Source of the DNA: Paraspadella gotoi
Lineage: Eukaryota; Animalia; Chaetognatha
Length of the DNA: 64,000 bases
Assembly: GCA_051294375.1 (NCBI GenBank)
Contig: CM119266.1
Location: forward strand, 19,169,657 to 19,233,656
Reading direction: 5' to 3'
In this document: one piece after another, positions 10,800 through 22,020 of the stretch
How positions within the stretch are numbered: the stretch's first letter is position 1
Layout: the number at the start of each line of letters is the position of its first letter
The notes under the pieces: generated by a model
Seen by the model: only the letters and a program-made list of their open reading frames with translations
The model's database searches: none
What the model was told of the DNA's origin: nothing
Made by a program: the position numbers and the translations under genes

Positions 10800-13700
10800 A
10801 TGTCACTTCTTCGCCCACCAATTCGCCCAGACAGCGGTGGCTCTCGCGGCAACCCGACCACCGTCAAGGCAAACCACTTTCGAATTTCCTTTAATAAAAG
10901 CGTTCAACTTATTCATTACGACGTGGAAATCACTCCGACCGTACCTAAGAAAATTAAACGCGAGATTTTTAACACGATGGTCGAGTCATACAACGACATA
11001 TATGGTGGATCTCGCCCCGTATTTGACGGAAATAAAAACATTTATGCAAAAGTTCCGGGAATTCAAGGCGTTGGCGTGGAAAGGGAATTCGTTGTGCAGC
11101 TTCCCGACGAAAAACCGGAATTGCTGCAGAAATTAGGGACGCTGGCGATCGGAGGTGGTGAGAACGATAGTCGAGGTGGACGAGGCGGAAGGGGAGGAAG
11201 AGGCGGAAGAGGAGGTGGCGGACGAGGAAGGGGGCGGGGGAGAGGACAAGAAGCGCCACCCCCTGTGGCTGAACCGCGGGGCGGCGCTGAATCCGAATCT
11301 GCCAACCGTCCCAACCGACGAGAACGGCGATTCACGGTCAAAGTCAAACGCGTTGAAGGTTTAATCGATCTCGGAGCGCTTCACAGCTTTCTTAATCAGA
11401 CACCTGATTCTGTTCGTCGAAACGGCGGTCGCGCCTTAGAAAATCCCCTTGAGGCCGTGCAAGCGCTGGAGATTGTCTTCCGCCATCTCCCTGCAAGCAG
11501 AAGCATCTCCGTCGGTCGCAGCTTCTTTAGACGCCCCGATAGACCATGGGATCTTTCCGGCGGTCGAGAAATGTGGACCGGAAGATTCCAGTCTCTTCGA
11601 CCTTCGGGCTGGAAGACCCTGACGCTGAATCTTGACGTCTCGTCCACCGCCTTTTACAAACCAGGACCCGTGTTGGAGTTCATGAACGAAACGATGAAAT
11701 TTTCGCATCCGCCTAGATCACTCACCGAAATCCAGAGAAGAAAATTCGAAAAGGAGATCAAAGGTTGGATAATATTTCTCTGCCCTAACATTCATGTCAT
11801 AATTATTTGGTTTTATCTTTATATTTCATATTTCTTTCTATTTAATATTCAATATTGTAGTAGTAGGTATTATTTCCTCCTAACTAGTTCTGTCTCTCTC
11901 TCTCTCTCAATCACTCTCAGGACGCAAAATCCGTGTCAAGCATCGCGGCGAAATTAGACAGACCCGTTCGGTCATCGGATTATCCGAACTTTCTGCCTCG
12001 AAACGAACTTTCGATCTGGACGTCAACGGGAAATCCTTGACGACGACCGTGGCGAAGTACTTCGAAGGCAACTACAGAGAATATCTCCAGCAAACAAATG
12101 GAAAGCCATATCTCAATCATCCTGACCTCCCATTGATAGTCGTCGGCTCTAAAGTATGTATATATAAAGTTATAAAAACAATTTCAGAGATAAATTTAAA
12201 CTATATATAAACTATTATATATATATAGTTTAATATTTAATTTATAGTTTAATATTATATATTCGATAATAATAAAAATTATCCATTTATTTAATAAGTA
12301 AGCTATATATTATATGCATTGTAAAATTTGTAACCTACCTATCGAGCTGATTTTGACCAATTCCTGAAGGATAAACCGACTTACCTCCCTATGGAGGTCT
12401 GCGAAATAGTGGAAGGCCAACGCGTTCTCAAAAAGTTGGACGAAGCTCAGACTGCGGCCATGGTTAAAGCCACTTGCCAACCCCCAAGAGATCGGATGCA
12501 AAATGTCAATCATCTTTTTTCCGAAGCCAATTTCAATCGAGACCCTTTTCTCGAACACTTTGAGATCAAAATCGACGGACGCATGCCCGATGTCCCGGCG
12601 CGAATAATTCCCTCTCCGCGCGTACAATATGGAGGAAACTCCGTGGTAAATCCTAAGGACGGAGTGTGGCGTCCTCTGCAATTTCACACTCCCGCTGTCA
12701 TAGAAAGATGGGCTGTGATCAATTTTGCCGCCAACGCCAGATTTGGACGAATTAACGACAACCAGGCTTTCGAATTCGCGAAGTCTTTAGCCAACTCCGG
12801 TCGGCAGCAGGGCATGACATTTTCCGACATTTTTGGAAGATTTTATGATGACTACTATTGGGATGGTTTCTACGGAGATGTGCAAACTTGCGACACACTT
12901 CTGCGCGCCGTCAACGATCATATCGAATCCATACATAAAAAAAAAGTTCAACTTGTAATTATCATCTTCCCCGCCAGAGAAGAAAAGTACGCCTTCGTCA
13001 AGAAGTGCGGAGACACGGTTCTTGGAATCGCCACTCAATGCGTTTTGGCCAGGCAAGTATCACCACCCAAGCCGCCCACGATTAGCAATATTTTGCTAAA
13101 GGTCAACACCAAAATGGGCGGTACCAATCACGTGATTCATAAAGACGACAAACCATCCGTCGGCTTGGAAAAGCGCTTGGAACAGAGACTATTCGGAGCG
13201 CCAATTATTATCTTTGGGGCGGATGTGACGCACTCTACGATGGACTTGTCTCAACCAAGTGTCGCTGCAGTTGTTGCCTCCTTCGATCCTTATCCCTTCA
13301 GGCAAACATTTTAATAGATTTTCTCGACTAAAGTTTGAAGAATAATCAACTTATTTTGCAGGCATGGCGTCGAGGTAAGAACACAGGGTCACGGTGTAGA
13401 GATCATTGCCGATTTGCAGGAGATGGTCAAGAAACTTCTAATCAGGTACTATTAATCATTTAACTTCACTTTTAACCTGAAGATTAAGATGACAACCAAT
13501 CGTTTTCTTATAGATTTCGAGAGACCACTAAAGGGAAAATACCGCAGCGCATTATTTTTTATCGCGACGGCGTCAGTGAGGGTCAGTTCCGAGAAGTGCT
13601 CGTCCGCGAGCTGACCGCGATCCGCTCCGCGTGCACCAGTTTGAACGAGAATTACAAACCGAGCATAACTTTTGTCGTCGTTCAAAAGCGGCACCACACA

Positions 13701-15189
13701 AGATTTTTTCCCAATGATCGCGGCGTCGGGAAAGCGGGCAACGTGGCACCAGGAACAGTCGTTGACACTCAGGTGGGATAAGTGGGTGACTAGTCAAGAT
13801 CTTTCCAAGTTTTCATCACTCACTTGTTATTTTTTGACGACAGGTCGTCCATCCTTATGAATTCGACTTCTTCTTATGTAGCCACCAAGGCATCCAGGGA
13901 ACCTCACGTCCCACTCACTATCATGTCCTTTGGGATGACAACAACTTCACGTCGGACCAGATGCAGCAACTCACGCACATGCTCACTCATACTTACGCTA
14001 GGTGCGATGTATGTAGATTGTCCTTTTGGAAATTAGATTAATTAATAATGAGGTGACTGGCTTTTACTAGTACTAGGAGACACGAATTTCCCTTTGATTT
14101 TTACTGTTGATTTACGTAGTTTTAAATGCGACATCGATTAATTAAATAATTAAGTCATTGTGTAATTTTCTTTCAGTTCGTTGTGTTTGAGATTAGCGGA
14201 AAAAGAATAATTTTTTTATTGTCAACAACGATAATTTATTTCAATTTGGACATGTTTCGACTCTGAATGCGAGTCTTCTTCAGCGCTGAATTGAAATAAA
14301 TTATCGATGTTGACAATATTTTTTTTTTCATAAAAAGTGAATCTTAAAAGACGCGCAATAACGACAGTGAAAGTTCAAAAGCCACTTTGACATTCGGGAA
14401 TCTACAAAAATACAATAAACCCACACCGATATTAATACAATACACAATACAATCACCTCAGAATTACAAGTACGACAACCACAAAAACACAATCACTACA
14501 ACAACCACAACTACCATAACCGCCGAAAAAATTACACCTAAAATAAAGTGACAAAAAAACCAAAAAACTGAAAAAAGCAAAAACTAAAAAAAGAAACTTG
14601 GAAAAAAGCAAAAAGAAAAAACGAAAGAATAACGTATGAAAGACTGGTATTAGTAGTAAGACGTAGTGAAAGTTGCAGATCAAAGTTTGAATAGTAGATA
14701 AACATTCATTTCTTTATAAAATAACTTTTTTTATGCCACATAAGGACTTATTTATCTTTTTCCAAACCCATAAATCAATCCCCAACCTAAATCCATAACC
14801 GTAAACTAATCCTTAAACCTAACCTGTAACTTTATCTTTCTGATTAATAACTATCTTTATTCTGAATTTAAGATGAAATGGGGCGTTTTGAGAAGATAAG
14901 ACCGCAATTTTTTTACGGAACACATGGAACCTATCTTATATATTATTCATATTACAGGTGCACACGTTCTGTCAGTATCCCGACGCCTGTTTATTACGCG
15001 CACTTCGTGGCCTTCCGAGCCCGAGATCACTTAAAGGCTGGAACGAACGTGGAACCATCTGACACGGCATCCAATGCTCCTTCAACCGCCAACTCTGACT
15101 CCACTGAGCTGACGGAGCAACAAATACGAGAATTGCAGGCGATCGTAGAAATTTTACCAGAGATGAAAGATTCGATGTACTTCGTATAA
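10800..15189 (+). CDS. AGO: Argonaute, AGO clade, predicted slicer-competent
   Basis: Exons 10800-11763, 11921-12153, 12370-13301, 13362-13445, 13514-13772, 13844-14001, 14958-15189. N domain ([15 protein letters not shown]), L1 ([20 protein letters not shown]), PAZ ([15 protein letters not shown]), MID ([18 protein letters not shown]), PIWI with D (GADVTH), E (GVEII), D ([10 protein letters not shown]), H (YYAHF), C-terminal MYFV. Confidence 0.97.
14154..14318 (-). mobile_element. Hammerhead/PLE short element with inverted duplication
   Basis: Hammerhead + AATAAA + TCGTTGTTG + CACAACGAACTGAAAGAAAATTACACAATGAC tail. Arms 14217-14246 and 14289-14318 are complementary at 29/30 positions. Confidence 0.75.
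14247..14288 (-). ncRNA. PLE-type hammerhead ribozyme in Argonaute intron 6 (antisense)
   Basis: Minus strand GCG-CTGAAGA-A-GACTC-gcattca-GAGTC-GAAA-CATG-TC^. Core, stem II, palindromic stem III and GUC intact; proximal stem I is only 1 bp before a long inverted repeat. Confidence 0.75.
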
Positions 15190-15460
15190 ATTTTTTTCTT
15201 ATTTTTATTTCTTTCGTGTGACAAAACTGTCCTTTTTTCGTTCAAATCCAGGTTATTGTTTCGCTTAAATTAACACGAGCTATTTCAATTAAAATAACCG
15301 TAGGCAGTCGTAAAACAGGGTAAGGTAACAATCATGTCTTCAAGCTTAGCTAATAAATTTGAATTACTTGGTGATTAAAAACGTAATTTGGTGAAATTCA
15401 TTATTTCATGAAATAAAATAAAAACAATACAATCTCGATTTTTAAAAAAAAAATGATTAT

Positions 15461-15695
15461 AATGAAGAGACAGTAATAATTGTTATGAAATAGTAACAGA
15501 ACCGTTCCATATAAGCAGTCAAATATATAAGCTTCGGCTCAGGCTGTAACGCCGTGTTACAGGCGGGTTAAGCGCCCCGTCTCTCTTAACTGCAAGGCGA
15601 CCACCAGGCTTGAACCCCGGACCTTTGGGAGGGAAGCGAATGACTTGCCTCCTGCTCCAATGGCCGCTGATGAACGGTCGTTCGATTTTTCCATA
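15461..15695 (-). mobile_element. tRNA-derived SINE
   Basis: Minus strand head GCGGCCA-TTGGAGCAGGAGG (A box)...GGTTCAAGCC (B box)-TGGTCGC (acceptor-like stem), hairpin body, and a tail CATAACAATTATTACTGTCTCTTCA shared with the 40963 copy. Confidence 0.75.
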
Positions 15696-15778
15696 ATATC
15701 GTATTGTGGCGGGGGAACACAGTATCATATTAAATTTTAATAAAAATTTACAACGGAGATTTTTACCATAAATAGAAA

Positions 15779-15817
15779 CTGATAGTTTTCGACTTGATTA
15801 CAAGTCTTCTTCAGCGC
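15779..15817 (-). ncRNA. Degenerate PLE-type hammerhead ribozyme downstream of the ankyrin stop codon (sense)
   Basis: Minus strand GCG-CTGAAGA-A-GACTTG-taat-CAAGTC-GAAA-ACTA-TC. Core and 6-bp stem II intact; stem III and stem I mismatched. Confidence 0.6.
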
Positions 15818-15946
15818 AAAACAAACAAAACGAAAATTGCCGTTGTAAAACGGGTAATAAAAACCAAATTCTGCAAAGCTTTTTTCTTTAAGTGAAAATA
15901 GTAACAGGAACCAACCCAAACTCTAAACCTAATGTCGCTGGTGGCA

Positions 15947-18900
15947 TTAAACTTCGTTCATCTCCATGATCGTTTCGGTCCTTCTGTCATTTCCCAACTC
16001 GGACTTCTCCGTCTTAAAAGTTCTAAAGCTCAATTTGTGTCTAAGACTCTGGCTTCGCCCGCCCGCGACTTTCTGCGAGTATTTGCGCCTCAGGTCGGGG
16101 CTTTTGTTTCTGAAACTCAAAGTCTTTTTGATGCTGTCAATGCGACCCAATTTCGGCGCGGCCGCCGCCGCATCAGCCGCCGCCGTCTGGCGTCTTTCCG
16201 CCTCTTTTAGAAGCGCTTCAAGACAGTCTGTCTTCCGAAAGTCGACGGCGTAGTCCAGTGGCGACTTTCCTCCGCCAATCACGGTGCCACCTTCGTCCTT
16301 GGCAAATATGTCAACCCCGCGAGCTACTCCCCATTCAACACCTTGAACGTAACCACCTCTGACGGCCGAATGGAGAATGGTTTGTTTGGCGTTGGTGACA
16401 CGTGTCACGTCGGCGCCCTTTGACGCTAAAAAGTCCAGGAATTCGACGCTGGCCTTCATTTCGACGGCATCATGAAGCGGCGTAAATCCGTTACGGTCGA
16501 CGGCGTTGACGTCGAAGCCACGAGCCAGTAAGAAAGCAACAGCCTTACGATGTGCGCCTTGTGACGCTACATGCAAAGCCCCGGCGCCGGAGACCGTCTT
16601 TGCACCGACATCCGCCCCTTGTTCTATGAGGAAGAGCAGAAAAGAAACGCTGCCATTCGCTTTGGCGGCAACGAGAAGGGGCGTCCAGCCCTGGCGGTCG
16701 CGGGAATTTATTGATTGGCCCTTTGGAAAGAATTGATAATAGATTCGTAGCGTCATTTCGCATTTTGGTCTCGACTCATGTCTGTGCTCGAAAATATGTC
16801 GAAAATATGTCTAGAAAATTTTTGTTCCTCTGAATCCTATTTTATATAATGAATCTTAAGTAGCTCAGCATTTATATCATATTTCTAAAACCTTAATATT
16901 TTGTTACTAGGGTTCTGCTCCAACTTGTTCGGAACAAATTAAAATTTGTATTAATGTTCAAAATTCCTACTTTTTTCTTAAAGTAAACGACGGCTTCTTT
17001 GTGGCCGCGACTTGCCGCCAGATGAATCATAGATTGACCGTCGGCCGTCATCAGGTTTTTCTCGGCGCCTTGTCTTTTCAGGAACCGGATGAAAGGCACA
17101 GACCCACATGATTTGGTGCCGCAATGAAGAGGGGTAAGACCACGATGGTCGCGCATGTTTATATTTTGTCCTGAGGTAGATAAGTAACATATTTTGGTTC
17201 TCTCCCGCTTTACTTTTAGTTACGTCGAAACTCTATTTTATGAGACGTTTTTCTATCTGTATATACTATATAGTATATAGTGTATAAACTGTATATAGCC
17301 TATCCCTGAATATAAAAAAAAATGAGCTTAAAGAGAAACAAGTTTGAGCAAACAATGCCGGATCTGCCCACGATAATTAGTGGTAAACAGATAAATAATT
17401 ACTTTATTAATATTAATTTTTTTTATTTGTGTCAAAAACGTTTTCCACTTTGTCTCGCCTTTCAATCACAAAACAACAATCTCGATCACAAAATTAATTA
17501 ATTAATTAATGCAGCTTGAATTTACATTTATTTAATATAAAAATAAAAAAAATCATAATCAAATAGTAAAATATATTGTTTGTTTTTTCCATTTTAACTC
17601 ATTTCCACTTGGACGATTCCATCGAAAATTTATTTCCTGCTCAATCACACACTTCCCTACCCACATACAAAATTTGAAGACAGACAGAGAGACGGACAAT
17701 TTATCATAATTCGATGTTCTGACTTGATATAAGTGAATGCCCGACAAGATTGGGGGGGCGGACCGACGGACCGACAAAGTGAATTATAGAGCCGGAATCT
17801 GCCCTAAGCAGATCCGGCTCAAAGAAATTAGAGAAAAAAGTATCGTAGTTTAAATCTCACGATTTCGGAGCTCGAATGAGAAAGATGTAAACAGGAAAAG
17901 AAGAAAGAAGAGCAGAATCAATATCAGCAGATGGAGGGAAAAATATTTGCCAAAGAAAGAATGAGAGAACCGACTAAGTGATCACTGACCAGTATTGAAC
18001 GCTGGATATAGCGTCCATGTTTATCTTTATTAAAGACGTTAATTATGTTTCGGACTTTCTTATACACCTTTTTGCTTGAACCACTTCACGGCCTCTCTCT
18101 GTCCACCTTCGGCGGCCAAGTGGATCCCCGCCTTTCCGTCTGGATCTCTGGCGTTTACATCAGCGCCTCTCGACATAAGAAATTTGAGGAAAGCGACGTC
18201 ACCGTTGAACTTAGCGGAGTACATCAGTGGCGTCCATCCAATGTTGCTACGGGACGCCAAGCTCTGGCCGTGGGAAAGAAAGTGGTCGATGGCTGCGCTT
18301 CGACCCGCCGCAGCCGCAACGTGGATCATTTCTTGACCCTAATGTAAACAGATTCGTAAAATTATGGAATTTTCTTTGTTGGTGTGAAATGATTGCAATC
18401 ATTGATCAAGCAAACGCAAACTTATGATTATGGACAATATGGCCATCAATATACCGAAACTCTGCATAAAAGGTAGTTCACAAAATACACTTTGCAACCC
18501 GGAAAGGGTCATTCAGACCTGAAAGTTCTTAGCTGATACATCAGCCCCCAGATCCTCCAGCCAAACGAGAAAATCCACGTCGCCGTGAAACTGTGCCGCT
18601 TCATGTAGCGGAGTGTAGCCGTATTGATGGTCGGCCTCGTTAATTGACACTTCATCCTAAAAAAAGGCACAACTTGACTTTCTAAAAAAGTTTCTTATTT
18701 CAAGTATTTTTGACACGCAACTAAAAAAATTAGTTTTTGATAGAATCCATTCTGATTCTGGTCTGATGGATTAAAACCAACCAACCCGAGGCAAGTTTTT
18801 CGTCTACCAACTCCTAGGTAGAGTGGTAGAGCCCGGTGACCGCCTCGCGGGTATGAGGGACGGGGCGCTTAACCCGCCTGTTGCACGAATCTACAGCCCG

Positions 18901-19942
18901 ATCCGAAGCTCAGGTACTGCTAATTTGTGAATGGTTTATAAATGAAAAATTAGTAACTTCTGCTTCTGTTCTTTGTATTTGGCAGTCATAAGGAAAATGA
19001 TAAAAATTTAATGATTTTACTTTTAATTATAACGATATTTCGAAGATTTCCGCCTTCAAGTTTCCTTAAAACTTTTAAAGAAAATTATTTTTCATTTAAA
19101 TATTTCTAGCTTCGATGACGCTTACAAAATATCGTGATTTCTCAATAATAAAGACTTAAAAAATAATGTTCAAGAACGTTCAAGGATGTCAAAATCATAA
19201 AAACCAGAAGCAGCAAAAAACCGAAAAACATCAAGTAAAAAAAGGAAGCAACGTTAATGAAACGTTTAAAAATAATAATAAATAATAATAATAATAATAA
19301 TAACATCGCAGGAGAATCAACCTAACCAAAAGCAAATCGGATCGAAGGCTCGGATGAATCCCGCAGAATTGGAATCATCGAATCATGATTGGTCGAGGCG
19401 GAATCGGAATCGACCAATCAGCTTGCAGAAACAATGGAATTGTAAAAATACCCCTTGCCTCTGATCCTCTTCTCTAGATATAAATAGACTTAGCTGACCC
19501 ATGAATTTTTCCTTAAATGATAAATTAATAACTGTAAAAAAAGTTGTGATGTTGAGAAGTTATAGACGATATTTAAATTTTCAGCATCATACTATATCCG
19601 ATTTTAGTGAGAAAAAAAATTGACACGACGATAATTGTGTCATAATGATTCGATTTCGACAAACAAAAAAGTTGAATTATAAAATTTTACTTTTCGCAAG
19701 CAAGGACCAGAAACAAATTGAACTAAAAAAAGGGATGCAACCTCTTAGTTTTAACCTCTTTTATATCAAACGTTAAGCTTAAACATGTAAAAGTTTCAGC
19801 TTGATCCAGAGGAAAACATTTTTTCTTCTTTTTTAAAGTAATCTACATAATACCATGAAAATAAAAAGAAATGTCATACCTGTAAGAATTCCAAAACGGC
19901 TTCCTTGTCTTTTGCCTTAGCCGCTTCATGAATCGTCAACAT
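15947..19942 (-). CDS. Ankyrin-repeat protein with basic C-terminal tail
   Basis: Exons 19942-19880, 18656-18519, 18338-18068, 17170-16971, 16720-15947 join in phase. Repeated GxTPLH/GWTPL..A and GADVN motifs throughout. Confidence 0.9.
17336..17823 (-). mobile_element. Non-autonomous Helentron (HINE/DINE-1-like), full length
   Basis: Minus strand TTT-GAGCCGGATCTGC..GCAGATTCCGGC (5' subTIR + IR), GTCG/GTCC microsatellite, 3' subTIR GCAGATCCGGC, terminus CTTGTTT; inserted in a T-run. Confidence 0.8.
18763..18925 (+). mobile_element. tRNA-derived SINE, diverged copy in ankyrin intron
   Basis: GAGGCAAGT...CCCGGTGACCGCC...GAGGGACGGGGCGCTTAACCCGCCTGT...ACAGCC.GATCCGAAGCTCAGG matches the family body. 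Confidence 0.65.
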
Positions 19943-20164
19943 GTTGAAAGGGTTTCAAATGTTTTGGCTGCGCAATATAAATTTATTTATTTTCTAATAT
20001 GTGGCATTTTTAATTGTGGTAAAGCCCACCACCGCAATGGGTCCGCAATAAATACATGCAATACCAATGAGTCTTTGCATAGCTTCTGCATATGTATATA
20101 CTATATAGATATAACGCATGTTTTATACTTGAGCAGTAACGTTTTCGACTTAAAATAATTTTAA

Positions 20165-20400
20165 ATTATCTGCTTACTGCTTACAGCAGTACCGGCTCTA
20201 CAATTCGTCGGTCCGCCCCATACATTTTGTCGGTAAGTGTTAGATCATGTATGAACATCAAATTATGATAAGATATGCAAAAAAATAGTTGTCTGTCCTT
20301 CCTTCCTCCCTTAGCTTTGAACGCCAATTACTCATGAATGGATAGGGCGATTGACCTGAAATTTTGTGTGTGATGTGATTAAGCTGAAAATAAATTAATT
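20165..20400 (+). mobile_element. HINE-family 5' fragment
   Basis: GCAGTACCGGCTCTACAATTC.TCGGTCCGCCCC..TTGTCGG matches the family 5' end. Confidence 0.55.
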
Positions 20401-21025
20401 TTTAATAGATTTATTTATCAATTACTGATCTAACCAACTGTATTTCTCACCTTAAATTTTCTTATACATACCTTTGAAAAAAGAATAGAAAGAAGTTATT
20501 ATTTATTATTTTCAAATTATACTTTTTGTAACTCTGCACATCGCAATAGCAATTTGATTGAGCCAGAAAATATAACCAATATTTTTTTCTCTGAATATCT
20601 TATTGTGTAACACACTTTTTTAATATTATATGCCAGTCAAAAATAAAAAAACAATGATAATATTGAACCCAAATCCAAAATTAAAAAACAAAGCAATAAA
20701 TTTCCCGCAGGATATGCTATTATGTCAAGACCAATTTTACGGAAGATTTAAACTTATTAATTCAGTTTCGAAAAATTCAAGTGCTGCAGCTCCAGTATCT
20801 TTAAAAGCAGTTTGGCGGCGTTTAAATAGGAAACACCAGATCGGCAGCTGCTGAAAGGTAAGGCAAAGAATAAGGAAGGAATAAGAATCCGCCGTGTCGC
20901 TTCCAAAATAAGGGAAAATAAAAACAAAATAACAATTGCGTCTCGTGTCTATAACACATTAACAGCTCGCTATCTTACTTAATAACACATTTTGTAATGA
21001 TAGTTATCCCATCAGTTTTAGAATT

Positions 21026-21275
21026 ATATGAAATTGGTACAACTAATATTTTACCGTCTATATAAAAAAGTATTTTGGTCTCATCTCGATATATTGTTAT
21101 ATATTGAAATTAATACAACTATTATAAAAATTATTCATATAATTAATCTTGGACTTGGGTCAAGCTATGGTGGGTTAAGGCGTCCATCCTTATTAAGCCT
21201 AGAATATACCATAGTAAGTTTTTAATCAAATCTCTCACAGCCGAGTTTATGTACTCCGGTAGCACTGCTTCCCGA
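21026..21275 (+). repeat. Dispersed repeat family A, diverged copy
   Basis: TATGAAATTGGTACAACTAAT start and GGTGGGTTAAGGCGTCCATC core. Confidence 0.6.
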
Positions 21276-21395
21276 TACTATAGTGAGGTGGCATAATATT
21301 TTAATTAGCCGTTTCAATGGTTTAAGAAATAAGAATATACGTAGGAATTAAAACATTTTATTTAAAGATTAGTAAAATTTAACATTCACTGTTTA

Positions 21396-21648
21396 GGATC
21401 TTCCCGGTCGGTGATTTTTTTATGCTTCTTATATTAGGAGCACAAACGAACAATGGTTTTTCGATTATTACCCCGACCACCCTTAACCGTAACCAATAAC
21501 CACCCTTATCCCCCTTACGCGAACAACCCCAACCCTAAACATCTTTAAACCTAGCCACCCCTAACCGTAACCAAACTACTTTTTTTCTTAGTATCAATCC
21601 CAAGTAATGATATATGCGAAAAGAAAAATAAACGACCGGCTCTGTTCC
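21396..21648. mobile_element. Related MITE with degenerate TAACCC repeats
   Basis: IR CCGGTCG.T.ATTTTT / AAAATAAACGACCGG around (C/A)CCTAACC-like repeats. Confidence 0.5.
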
Positions 21649-22020
21649 GGTCGTTCCGGTCCCTCCTCCTATTCGAGGGCATTTTACAATTTTATAACTA
21701 TTACTGCCACCGATGGTTTTTCTGGAACGTCAATTTTTTTCAAATATCTCTTCTCATGTCAGAAAATTATTTAAATAATAGATAAAATCCATTTAAATTA
21801 GACCGCCAAAATTTCTTTTAATGCGCAGAAATACATAGGCGAAAAAATGTTGGGCCAAAAAAAAAAGAAACAACGCACATCAACTGCATGTCTACAAAGC
21901 ACTGACATGTTTTTTATTTGCTAATAACAAACATAATATTAATAACATTGGTTGCAAGAACACCAAGTAACATTATTTCAATAATTACCTTAATTCTTAA
22001 ATATTAGACATGTTTAGAAT

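Noticed and set aside
15560-15625. Twister-like motifs (TAACCCGCC, GGTTCAAGCC) in the SINE
   Set aside because: Pseudoknot partners are absent; GGTTCAAGCC is better explained as the tRNA T-loop/B box.
15596-15666. Functional tRNA gene
   Set aside because: Anticodon and D arms do not pair well, and copies share a long non-tRNA body, so a SINE is more likely.
15665-15690. CTGATGA on + strand as a hammerhead
   Set aside because: No GAAA after the short stem, and the homologous SINE copy reads CAGATGA.
19330-19488. Helitron 5' end (minus strand TCTATTTATATCTAG)
   Set aside because: Not preceded by A and no matching hairpin-CTAG 3' end identified.
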